NCBI GenBank assembly: GCA_964456825.1
Contig: CAYWCR010000005.1
Coordinates: 9,305-73,304 of the forward strand
Source: an uncultured Bacteroidales bacterium
GTDB taxonomy: Bacteria > Bacteroidota > Bacteroidia > Bacteroidales > UBA10428
Length of the DNA stretch: 64,000 nt
Direction: 5' to 3'
The notes beneath the pieces are model-generated. The model had not been told where the DNA came from, searched no databases, and worked only from the letters and a program-made list of their open reading frames with translations. Positions 25,748 through 34,256 of this stretch are shown in pieces (within the stretch, counting starts at the first letter, position 1; each line of letters begins with the position of its first letter). A program made the position numbers and the translations under genes.

Positions 25748-27286
25748 ATGCCTTTACTAACGTCTATTATCAATTGGTTTAGTGTAAAGAGAGGATATCA
25801 GATCGATTTATTTAAAAAATATCCCGGGGAAGTACAGCAGGATATTTTCGCGAAGTTGCTGTCAAAAGGGGCTGCTACTGAATGGGGGAAAAAATATGGC
25901 TATGCGTCCCTGTCATCCATTGAAGATTTTCAGGAGAAGGTACCCCTTCAGACTTACGAGGATGTCAAGCCCTATGTCGACCGGGTGCGCAGGGGGGAGA
26001 ACGATCTGCTCTGGCCGGGAGAGACAAAATGGTTTGCAAAATCATCCGGGACCACCTGTGATAAAAGCAAATTTCTGCCGGTCAGCAAAGAAAGCCTTGA
26101 GGAATGCCATTTCCGGGGAGGAAGGGATGTGCTTGCCCTGTACCTGAAAAACAATCCTGATTCAAAGATTTTTCAGGGCAAGGGATTGACACTGGGAGGA
26201 AGCCATAAGATAGACAATTACAATAATCAGTCTTACTATGGCGACCTGAGCGCTATTCTTATAGAAAATCTGCCATTCTGGACTGAATTTATCCGCACGC
26301 CGAGTCATGATGTTGCCTTGATGGAAAAATGGGAAGAGAAACTTGATAAGATTGCCCGTGAGACCATTCATGAAAATGTCACCAGCATTGCAGGTGTCCC
26401 GTCCTGGAACCTGGTTATGTTGAAATATATGCTGGAATTTACCGGCAAAAGAGATCTCCTGGAAATATGGCCTAACCTGGAATTATTCATGCATGGCGGA
26501 GTCAGCTTCATTCCTTACCGTGAACAGTTCAAAAAGCTCATTCCTTCGGAAAACATGCACTATATGGAAAGCTATAATGCTTCCGAAGGCTTTTTTGCTA
26601 TTCAGGATGATCCGGCTGATGATGGCATGCTGCTCATGCTTGATTACGGGATTTTTTATGAGTTCATACCCATGGATGAATTCGGGAAAGAACATCCCGC
26701 TGCCGTAACCATAGACAAAGTCGAAAAAGATACCAATTATGCACTGGTAATATCGACCAATTCGGGACTTTGGCGGTATATTATCGGCGATACCATACGA
26801 TTTACCTCAACTTTTCCGCATAAAATAGTCATCTCAGGCAGGACCCGGCATTTTATCAATGTTTTTGGAGAAGAGGTCATTGTGGATAATGCCGAAAGGG
26901 CTTTGGGAATTGCCTGTGAAAAATCAGGTGCCAGGATCACGGATTATACGGCAGGCCCGATTTTTATGAGCGACAATAAGAAGGGTGCTCATGAATGGGT
27001 CATTGAATTTTCTGTACCCCCTGATGATATTGATTATTTTACCACCCTGATGGATCATGCATTAATGTCATTGAATTCAGACTATGAAGCCAAAAGATAC
27101 CGGAACATAACCCTGGATAAACCCGTGGTCCATCGCGTGGAAAAGGGTACTTTTTATCAGTGGTTGCAGGAAAAAGACAAGCTGGGGGGACAAAACAAAG
27201 TTCCCCGGTTATTCAATGAAAGAAAATATCTGGAAGAACTGCTTCAGATTGATAAAAAATTGAAAAACAATCAGAAAATGCATTAA
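25748..27286 (+). CDS. GH3 auxin-responsive family acyl-adenylate ligase-like protein
   Basis: FAKSSGTT..KSKFLP, ESYNASEGFF, GLWRYIIGDT, GGQNKVPRL. Confidence 0.92.
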   Translation: MPLLTSIINWFSVKRGYQIDLFKKYPGEVQQDIFAKLLSKGAATEWGKKYGYASLSSIEDFQEKVPLQTYEDVKPYVDRVRRGENDLLWPGETKWFAKSSGTTCDKSKFLPVSKESLEECHFRGGRDVLALYLKNNPDSKIFQGKGLTLGGSHKIDNYNNQSYYGDLSAILIENLPFWTEFIRTPSHDVALMEKWEEKLDKIARETIHENVTSIAGVPSWNLVMLKYMLEFTGKRDLLEIWPNLELFMHGGVSFIPYREQFKKLIPSENMHYMESYNASEGFFAIQDDPADDGMLLMLDYGIFYEFIPMDEFGKEHPAAVTIDKVEKDTNYALVISTNSGLWRYIIGDTIRFTSTFPHKIVISGRTRHFINVFGEEVIVDNAERALGIACEKSGARITDYTAGPIFMSDNKKGAHEWVIEFSVPPDDIDYFTTLMDHALMSLNSDYEAKRYRNITLDKPVVHRVEKGTFYQWLQEKDKLGGQNKVPRLFNERKYLEELLQIDKKLKNNQKMH

Positions 27287-27350
27287 ATTTATCACCCGTT
27301 ATTATTCTCAATCTGAACAGTACCAACTGGACAATACCTAAGAATTCACC

Positions 27351-27971
27351 ATGAGCATGCACATCGCTGTAGCCGGGAATATCGGCTCCGGGAAAACTAC
27401 ATTGACCAATCTTTTGTCAAAACACTTTAGCTGGGATGCACATTATGAAGATGTGGAAGATAATCCTTACATTACTGATTTTTATAACGATATGCAGCGC
27501 TGGTCGTTTAACCTTCAGATTTATTTTCTCAACACCCGGTTCAATCAGATACTTACTTTCCGACGGTCGGGCAAAACGCTCATACAGGACAGGACCATTT
27601 ATGAGGATGCTTATATTTTTGCCCCCAACCTCCATGCCATGGGATTGATGTCAACCCGTGATTTTGAAAATTACTTTACCCTTTTTAACATGCTGGGTTC
27701 GTTAATTCAGCCACCCGATCTGGTGATCTATCTGAGGGCTTCCGTTCCTACCCTGGTAAAACAAATTCAGAAAAGGGGAAGGAAATATGAGGACAATATT
27801 CGCCTGGATTATCTTAAGCGCCTGAACGAAAGATACGAAGCATGGATTGATTCCTATAACATGGGCAAACTGCTGATTGTAGATGTTGACACAGTTAATT
27901 TCATCGATAAGCAGGAGGATTTAAGCATAGTTATTGATAAGGTCAACGCAGAGATCCACGGATTGTTCTAA
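27351..27971 (+). CDS. Deoxynucleoside kinase
   Basis: IAVAGNIGSGKTT P-loop, RWSFNLQIYFL, QDRTIYED, PDLVIYL. Confidence 0.93.
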   Translation: MSMHIAVAGNIGSGKTTLTNLLSKHFSWDAHYEDVEDNPYITDFYNDMQRWSFNLQIYFLNTRFNQILTFRRSGKTLIQDRTIYEDAYIFAPNLHAMGLMSTRDFENYFTLFNMLGSLIQPPDLVIYLRASVPTLVKQIQKRGRKYEDNIRLDYLKRLNERYEAWIDSYNMGKLLIVDVDTVNFIDKQEDLSIVIDKVNAEIHGLF

Positions 27972-27977
27972 CGGTTT

Positions 27978-28967
27978 TTACAGTGCTTTGAGGCGCTGGT
28001 GAATGGTTTCCCATCGTGTTTCATTGATCTTTGCCCCGGGCTCTTCAATAACATTGGCCGCTAAAAGAGCACCGATATTACCACATTTTTCAAGCGAATA
28101 TCCTTTTATCAGTCCAAAAAGAAATCCCGCCGCATACAAATCACCGGCTCCCGTTGTATCAACTGATTTAGCCGGCGTTATTCCAATGGGATAAACGTTA
28201 TTCCCCTGCTGAATCAGGGACCCTTTCCTGCCGGTCTTGACTACAGCAATGTCGGCAAACCGGGCCAGCTCATGCAATGCATCGAGGGGATCTGCACTGC
28301 CGGTATAGGCTTTAGCTTCTTCTTCATTGGCAAAAACAATATCAACATAAGCTGCCATTATCTTTTGCAGGAAACCAAGATTTGACTCCACGACATTATA
28401 ACTCGCCAGGTCAAGCGAAACCTTCATGTGCATTTGTTTTGCCTTGATCATGGCCGTTTCAAACAAAAGCTGAAGCGGAGCCAGATAACCTTCCACATGC
28501 AGAATATCATAGTCATTAAAGGAAATATTTTGAAGGTCCTTTTCCGAGATTTCGACAGCTGCTCCCAGGAATGTGGCAAAAGTCCTTTCACTGTCCATAC
28601 TCACCAGTGAGATAGCCCTGCCGGTTTCGGTATGGCTGAGTGACAGGACAGGGTTAATGCCCGCCCTGAACATATCGTTATAGAAAAATTTCCCGAACTC
28701 ATCCCGTCCGACTGTACCGATAAAGCCTGTATTAACACCCAGCCTGGCAAGGCCATGGATGGCATTGGCGGCGGATCCGCCTGAAGCCATGCTTCGGTTT
28801 AAATCAGCGCATGCTTTTTCGATATTGGTCGCAGTGGCAGCATCCACCAGCTGCATACTGCCCTTGGGCAGGTAAAAATCCCTGAGCAGGTTGTCATTAT
28901 TCAGTTTAATGATAATATCTACCAATGCATTTCCAATCCCAAGCACCTGTTCCATATCTGATCTCAT
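27978..28967 (-). CDS. PfkB-family carbohydrate kinase (adenosine/inosine kinase-like)
   Basis: GNALVD, GGSAAN, ERTFATFLGAA, FANEEEA, VDTTGAGDLYAAGF. Confidence 0.92.
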   Translation of the reverse strand: MRSDMEQVLGIGNALVDIIIKLNNDNLLRDFYLPKGSMQLVDAATATNIEKACADLNRSMASGGSAANAIHGLARLGVNTGFIGTVGRDEFGKFFYNDMFRAGINPVLSLSHTETGRAISLVSMDSERTFATFLGAAVEISEKDLQNISFNDYDILHVEGYLAPLQLLFETAMIKAKQMHMKVSLDLASYNVVESNLGFLQKIMAAYVDIVFANEEEAKAYTGSADPLDALHELARFADIAVVKTGRKGSLIQQGNNVYPIGITPAKSVDTTGAGDLYAAGFLFGLIKGYSLEKCGNIGALLAANVIEEPGAKINETRWETIHQRLKAL

Positions 28968-29010
28968 TAAATTTTAAAACAAATATATTGTTTAATTCAT
29001 GTTTTCCTAT

Positions 29011-29018
29011 TACTTTTG
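29011..29018 (+). promoter_or_regulatory. Sigma-70 -7 element (TACTTTTG) for tRNA-Asn
   Basis: Exact TAnnTTTG 54 nt upstream of the tRNA. Confidence 0.55.
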
Positions 29019-29072
29019 CTCGCCCTAAAAAAATTGTACGGCAGTTAATGTACATTTTTTTTCGGCAGATAT

Positions 29073-29146
29073 TCCTCAGTAGCTCAGTTGGTTAGAGCAC
29101 CTGGCTGTTAACCAGGGGGTCCTAAGTTCGAGTCTTAGCTGAGGAG
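29073..29146 (+). tRNA. tRNA-Asn (GTT)
   Basis: Acceptor TCCTCAG/CTGAGGA + G73, D-arm GCTC-AGTTGGTTA-GAGC, anticodon stem CCTGG-CT GTT AA-CCAGG, T-arm CTAAG-TTCGAGT-CTTAG; CCA not encoded. Confidence 0.97.
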
Positions 29147-29149
29147 CAG

Positions 29150-29178
29150 AAAGCGGGATGATTTTCATCCCGTTTTTT
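29150..29178 (+). terminator. Intrinsic terminator after tRNA-Asn
   Basis: GCGGGATGA-TTT-TCATCCCGT stem followed by a T tract. Confidence 0.8.
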
Positions 29179-29196
29179 GTTATCTATATATTCAAC

Positions 29197-29217
29197 CCTG
29201 CCTTGCCGGCAGGAAGG
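29197..29217. repeat. Degenerate REP-like palindrome
   Basis: CCTGCCTTGCCGGCAGGAAGG differs by one insertion and one substitution from the perfect palindrome CCTGCCTGCCGGCAGGCAGG; only one copy seen. Confidence 0.35.
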
Positions 29218-29435
29218 CGCTCTGCGGTTAAATACTAATCCATCCTGATCTTACCTGAGAAAGCATGCTTATACGCCATTCATCAATGCTTTTTATCCGT
29301 TGGCTAAGGGGACAAATTGCTTTATTTCATACCGCCGGATGCAGGTCAACTATTTATTGACATTCGTCATAAGAATCAATCTTATTTTAAAACCCTGCGT
29401 AAACTTGTATAAAAGCTACTAAGAAAAAAGTGAGT

Positions 29436-29810
29436 ATGAAAGCAATTATGATTGAAGCATCACATTCGACCCCTGCCATAAATTTTTGCGAGGACGGGAG
29501 ATTGTTGATCGAAGGCCGTTCCTTACCCGAGGATGTGAATAAGTTCTACAAGCCTCTTATTGAATGGATCATTAACCTGAGCACGGAATCAGTAAGGCTG
29601 GATATTAATCTGGAATATTTCAACAGTGCCTCTGCCAAGAAGTTGCTTGAATTGCTGAAGATGCTGGATGCCAACAGCAAAATAAAAAGCCTGATTATCA
29701 ACTGGCACTATGAAGAGGGTGATGATGATGCACTAGAAACGGGTCAGATTTTTGAAGACTTATTGGGAAGGGCTCAGTTCCGTTATCATGAATACACTGA
29801 GGCAGCCTGA
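29436..29810 (+). CDS. SiaC / DUF1987 family regulatory protein
   Basis: STPAINF, IEGRSLPED...FY.PLIEW, LEYFNSASAK, INWHYEEGDDD.LE.G. Confidence 0.88.
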   Translation: MKAIMIEASHSTPAINFCEDGRLLIEGRSLPEDVNKFYKPLIEWIINLSTESVRLDINLEYFNSASAKKLLELLKMLDANSKIKSLIINWHYEEGDDDALETGQIFEDLLGRAQFRYHEYTEAA

Positions 29811-29828
29811 TCCCTGATAAATAAAAGA

Positions 29829-30491
29829 CTATTTGCAGACAACTTCTGAAAAATCTTTCCCCCGGGCATATTGAACCAGGAGGTTTTTAGATTCCAACAG
29901 CCATTCTTCCACAGTTTCAGTTCCTTCAAAATTAAAGAATACCATTAAAAAATTCCGGGTATTATCGGTTACACAAGTTCTTTCTGAATCACTGGTTGGA
30001 TTTCCAAAAGGACCAACAGCATCTTTCAACACCGGTAAACCGCCGATATTCAATTGACCCCTTCCGATAGCATAATACAGATCGCTTTCTTTTCCCACCG
30101 TCAGCCAGATACCATCCTGTATTTTTTCCACATCATATCCCCCGATAGAAATTCCTGACCTGACGGAGACCAGATTCAGCATATCAATAATGTTATTCAC
30201 CTTATAAAGACTTTTGCCCTGCAATGTCCTTCGCAGCAAAGCTTCAGCCGATAACCTGTAACGGGATGGATCTTTTCCCAGGGCCTTATAGGCTTCCCTT
30301 GCCATATGGATGGGGGGTATTTTACTGATATCCTCAAGGGTAAGTGCAGCGCGTATCTCATCGAGCGTTTTTTCAATAAGCAGCCATAAAAGTTCATTTT
30401 CGGCGGCAAAAGACACCTCACATTGCAGTACGTTAAGCGTTAGCTGCGGACATTTCACCCGGATACCGGGATCGATGGTAATGGAGTTCAT
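29829..30491 (-). CDS. Stand-alone B3/B4 (PheRS-beta editing-like) domain protein
   Basis: REAYKALGKDPSRYRLSAEALLRR, NNIID..NLVS, SIGGYD, D..GPFGNPTSDSERT. Confidence 0.88.
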   Translation of the reverse strand: MNSITIDPGIRVKCPQLTLNVLQCEVSFAAENELLWLLIEKTLDEIRAALTLEDISKIPPIHMAREAYKALGKDPSRYRLSAEALLRRTLQGKSLYKVNNIIDMLNLVSVRSGISIGGYDVEKIQDGIWLTVGKESDLYYAIGRGQLNIGGLPVLKDAVGPFGNPTSDSERTCVTDNTRNFLMVFFNFEGTETVEEWLLESKNLLVQYARGKDFSEVVCK

Positions 30492-30513
30492 CGGCTGCCT
30501 TGAAAAAAATGAA

Positions 30514-31590
30514 TTATTCTTTCTTTTGCCTGGAGATCATTTCAATAAACTGATCGAATAAATATTCAGTATCGGTGGGTCCGCTTGAGGCTTCCGGATG
30601 AAACTGGGTGGAGAAAAATGGTTTTGACCTGTGGCGCATGCCTTCGTTGGTATTATCATTAAGATTAATGAATGAGGGTTCCCAATCCGGGGGAAGGGTA
30701 TCATTGTTGATGGCAAAACCATGATTCTGCGAGGTAATGTAGGCTTTATGGGTATCTTTAAGTATGACAGGTTGATTATGACTGCGGTGTCCGTATTTCA
30801 ACTTATAGGTATCGGCGCCTGCTGCAAGGGCAAGCAATTGATTGCCAAGGCAGATTCCATATATAGGGGTATCACCGGACAGTACCTTCTGAAGATTCCG
30901 TATGGTGGCCTTGCATTCCTTTGGATCTCCCGGTCCGTTGGAAATAAACAAACCGTCATAGGCTTCTGTGGTAAAATCATAGTCCCAGGGCACAACCACT
31001 ACGGTAGTATCCCGTTTCAGGAGGTTCCGGATAATATTGTATTTGACACCGCAATCCACCAGCAAAATCCGGTATTTTCCATTCCCATATACCTTTTTCT
31101 CCTGAATGCTGACCTGCTGAACCAGGTTATCCTTATTGGGGTCGTAGAACTCGATATTTTCTTCGTTATAAACAATCTTACCCAGCATGGTCCCCTGTTC
31201 CCTCAGGATTTTTGTTATGGCTCGTGTGTCAACGCCGAATAGTCCCGGAATTTTATATTCTTTTAGCCATTCTCCGAGGCTTTTATTCGAATTCCAGTGG
31301 CTGTAATCATCGGTATAATCGGAAATAACAAGTCCGGTTATATGAAGTGCATAGGATTCAAAAAACTTAAGCATATCATCTTCGCGCACATTGTCGGGGA
31401 CGCCGTAATTCCCGATTATCGGATAGGTCAGCGTCAATATCTGCCCTTTATAGGAAGGATCGGTAAGGCTTTCAGGGTAACCCGTCATGGCCGTGTTAAA
31501 GACAACCTCACCGGAAACCGAACGCCCGTAGCCGAATGAACTGCCTTCAAATACTTTTCCATCTTCGAGTACAAGCTTAATAGCATTCAT
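30514..31590 (-). CDS. carA: Carbamoyl-phosphate synthase small subunit
   Basis: GEVVFNTAMTGY.ESLTDPSY, SNGPGDP, GICLGNQ, QNHGFA, QFHPEA. Confidence 0.97.
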   Translation of the reverse strand: MNAIKLVLEDGKVFEGSSFGYGRSVSGEVVFNTAMTGYPESLTDPSYKGQILTLTYPIIGNYGVPDNVREDDMLKFFESYALHITGLVISDYTDDYSHWNSNKSLGEWLKEYKIPGLFGVDTRAITKILREQGTMLGKIVYNEENIEFYDPNKDNLVQQVSIQEKKVYGNGKYRILLVDCGVKYNIIRNLLKRDTTVVVVPWDYDFTTEAYDGLFISNGPGDPKECKATIRNLQKVLSGDTPIYGICLGNQLLALAAGADTYKLKYGHRSHNQPVILKDTHKAYITSQNHGFAINNDTLPPDWEPSFINLNDNTNEGMRHRSKPFFSTQFHPEASSGPTDTEYLFDQFIEMISRQKKE

Positions 31591-31605
31591 TTTCCTGATC
31601 CTTGC

Positions 31606-33093
31606 TTAAAGTGTTATTTTGTTGGAACGGAAGGCATTGATGATATCTTCAACCTGTTCGGCTGCAATTTTCTTGGCTATGATCTTCTTATTCTTATCCA
31701 GGATAAAGATCTGGGGCGTTGTAAGGATATCATAGGTTATTTTGTAATCGTAGGAATATGGATTCCAGGCATTCATCCAGTTATACAGCTTATGGGTATT
31801 AACAAAATCCACCCATTTGACCTTCCCTTCTTCGCCAAAAAGTGTGCTGACAGCCAGCACCGTGATACCCTTTTCCTTCAGGCTATTCTCATATATTTCA
31901 TATAGCTTCGGTATGGCCGTTTTGCAGTGACCGCAATCGGATTCCCAGAAAACCAGTACAATATAATCAGCTTCTACCTCGTGCAGGTTGAATTGTGCAC
32001 CCACATGCGGGAATTTTTTCATCACGGAATCATGTTCAGCCTTTATAAAATGTTCGGCCGGTACGTTCACCAGTTCTATATCCGGGGCAATCTTGCCGAT
32101 AAGCAAAGGCTTGGTCTTTTCAATCCTTTCTTTCAGGTCGGCTATGAATTTTGGTTCGCTCCACCACGATTCGGTGATGTAATATTGTTCAGCAATATGG
32201 ATCTGAACAGCGTCCATTCCCATGTAATTGCTTTTGCCAAAATAGTTGAACAAGGTTATCAGCATATAGCGGAACAGGGTTGAATCTGACCTTGTCTTTT
32301 CAATCAGCTTGTCAACTTCCGCATTCAGTGAATCAGGTATCTGGGGGACCACCTTGGTGATATAATTCATCACTTTCTCTTCGTACAGGGGGGTGCGAAG
32401 CAATCTTGCGTCCGCAATGTCAAAATTATCGAAATAATGATTCCGGTAATAGTAGTACTGCCAGGTCGAATCTATGATATTGCCGTTGGCATCCCGGGGT
32501 GGATCAGGAACATTAATATCCAGGGTTGCTTTAAGGAATTTGGCAACAAAAAGACCGGGATGATCCGAGGCAATCTTTTCAATGTAGGATATGCGGGTTT
32601 CATTGACCTTTTTTGATTGTGCCAGAAGATTTTCTTTTTCCTCCTTATTCTCCGTCTTTTTCAACAAGGCCTGCAGGCTGTCAGCCTCATTTCTGAGCCC
32701 GACCATAAATTGCTGGAACTCCATGAATATCTGGTTTTCATCAGATCCCTTAAAGGATAAGGTGCGGATAAAATCAGCGGTATCCGTTTCAAGGAAAAAC
32801 TGCTGATCCCTGCCCATGATCATTTCAAAATACCGGGTGCTGGGCAGGTATATAAGATACATTCCTTCCGGCAGCGGTTGACTTCCTTTAAAAACGCCAT
32901 ATCCCTTTTTATCAATTACCGCCGTATCATCGGGGTACATTGATTTATTGAGATAATGACCCAGGATAACCGAAGTATCCTGTATGCCGTTTATTTTTAT
33001 TTTTATTTCATAACCCTGGGAAAAAGCTGCCGGCAGAAAGCCGAAAAACACCAGGAGTAAGGTAATAATGCCGGATCTTTTCATGTATTTCAT
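31606..33093 (-). CDS. Periplasmic thioredoxin-like (TlpA/redoxin) protein with N-terminal DUF4369/DUF5106-like domains
   Basis: Signal peptide, WESDCGHCK CxxC, GKIAPDI, TTPQIFILDKNKKIIAK. Confidence 0.85.
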   Translation of the reverse strand: MKYMKRSGIITLLLVFFGFLPAAFSQGYEIKIKINGIQDTSVILGHYLNKSMYPDDTAVIDKKGYGVFKGSQPLPEGMYLIYLPSTRYFEMIMGRDQQFFLETDTADFIRTLSFKGSDENQIFMEFQQFMVGLRNEADSLQALLKKTENKEEKENLLAQSKKVNETRISYIEKIASDHPGLFVAKFLKATLDINVPDPPRDANGNIIDSTWQYYYYRNHYFDNFDIADARLLRTPLYEEKVMNYITKVVPQIPDSLNAEVDKLIEKTRSDSTLFRYMLITLFNYFGKSNYMGMDAVQIHIAEQYYITESWWSEPKFIADLKERIEKTKPLLIGKIAPDIELVNVPAEHFIKAEHDSVMKKFPHVGAQFNLHEVEADYIVLVFWESDCGHCKTAIPKLYEIYENSLKEKGITVLAVSTLFGEEGKVKWVDFVNTHKLYNWMNAWNPYSYDYKITYDILTTPQIFILDKNKKIIAKKIAAEQVEDIINAFRSNKITL

Positions 33094-33268
33094 TTGACAT
33101 TCCCGACTTTTTTCGGGTGGCTAAAATTATATATAAAAATTAAATTAGAAAAAGTATGCAATTATTAAATTGCCGGGAGCAATAACCGTTAATAATCAAC
33201 GCTATTTTTTGTACCTTGCCTGGAACTATTAATTCCACGAAATATAGAACCATTCACTCGATTGAATT

Positions 33269-34243
33269 ATGGTTACGATAAAAGACTGTCAGGAAATCAT
33301 CAACAAAAAGCTTGCCGGACTTTCCCTCCCTGAACAACCTGTAAATCTCTATGATCCGATACGTTATGTTGTTGAACTGGAGGGCAAAAGGATCAGGCCG
33401 ACCCTGGTTTTGATGGGGTGCAATCTTTTTTCCGATTCCATTGAAAAGGCTGTTAATCCCGCTATTGCGATAGAGTTGTTTCATAATTTTACCCTGATGC
33501 ACGATGATATCATGGATCAATCTGATCTGCGCAGAAACAAGCCTACAATCCATAAAAAATGGAATGTGAACATTGGCATTTTATCAGGAGATGCCATGCT
33601 GATCAAAGCATACGAGTTTTTAGCCCACAGTCCTTTAGCCGGATTGCCTCAGATACTGGAGGTTTTTAACAAAACAGCACTGGAGGTATGTGAAGGACAG
33701 CAGTTCGATATGGATTACGAATCGACCGCTTCGGTTACCCTGCAGGATTATCTTCACATGATTGAATTGAAAACGGCGATCCTGCTGGCCTCTTCATTAA
33801 AAATCGGAGCCATCAGTGCCGGGTCATCAGAGAAAAATGCCGCATACCTGGCTGATTTTGGCAGGAATATCGGCATTGCATTTCAGTTGCAGGATGACCT
33901 GCTTGATGTCTATGGAATCCTTGAACAGTTTGGCAAGCAGCCGGGGAATGATATTGCATCAAACAAGAAGACCTTTTTACTGTTGACGGCACTGGAAATG
34001 GCCCGGGGAGAAATGCTCAATACGTTGAAATACTGGATCGGACAAAAAAACTTCAACCGGGATGAGAAGGTCAGAAAGGTAATATCCGTCTTTGATGGTT
34101 TGGGGATAAAGGAGATCACCGAAAACAAGATAAATTCGTTTTATGACCTGGCCATAAAATCGCTGGAAATGGTCAGTGTCAGCAAATCAAGGAAACAACC
34201 CTTGCTTCAGTTCGCCGAAATGATGATGAACCGCCGGAAATAA
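33269..34243 (+). CDS. Polyprenyl diphosphate synthase
   Basis: GKRIRP, HNFTLMHDDIMDQSDLRR (FARM), CEGQQFD, FQLQDDLLD (SARM). Confidence 0.95.
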   Translation: MVTIKDCQEIINKKLAGLSLPEQPVNLYDPIRYVVELEGKRIRPTLVLMGCNLFSDSIEKAVNPAIAIELFHNFTLMHDDIMDQSDLRRNKPTIHKKWNVNIGILSGDAMLIKAYEFLAHSPLAGLPQILEVFNKTALEVCEGQQFDMDYESTASVTLQDYLHMIELKTAILLASSLKIGAISAGSSEKNAAYLADFGRNIGIAFQLQDDLLDVYGILEQFGKQPGNDIASNKKTFLLLTALEMARGEMLNTLKYWIGQKNFNRDEKVRKVISVFDGLGIKEITENKINSFYDLAIKSLEMVSVSKSRKQPLLQFAEMMMNRRK

Positions 34244-34256
34244 AAGGAATCCATCC

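Noticed and set aside
29073-29810. Possible integrative element at tRNA-Asn
   Set aside because: I saw no integrase, no duplicated tRNA 3' end and no foreign gene block; an ordinary terminator follows the tRNA.
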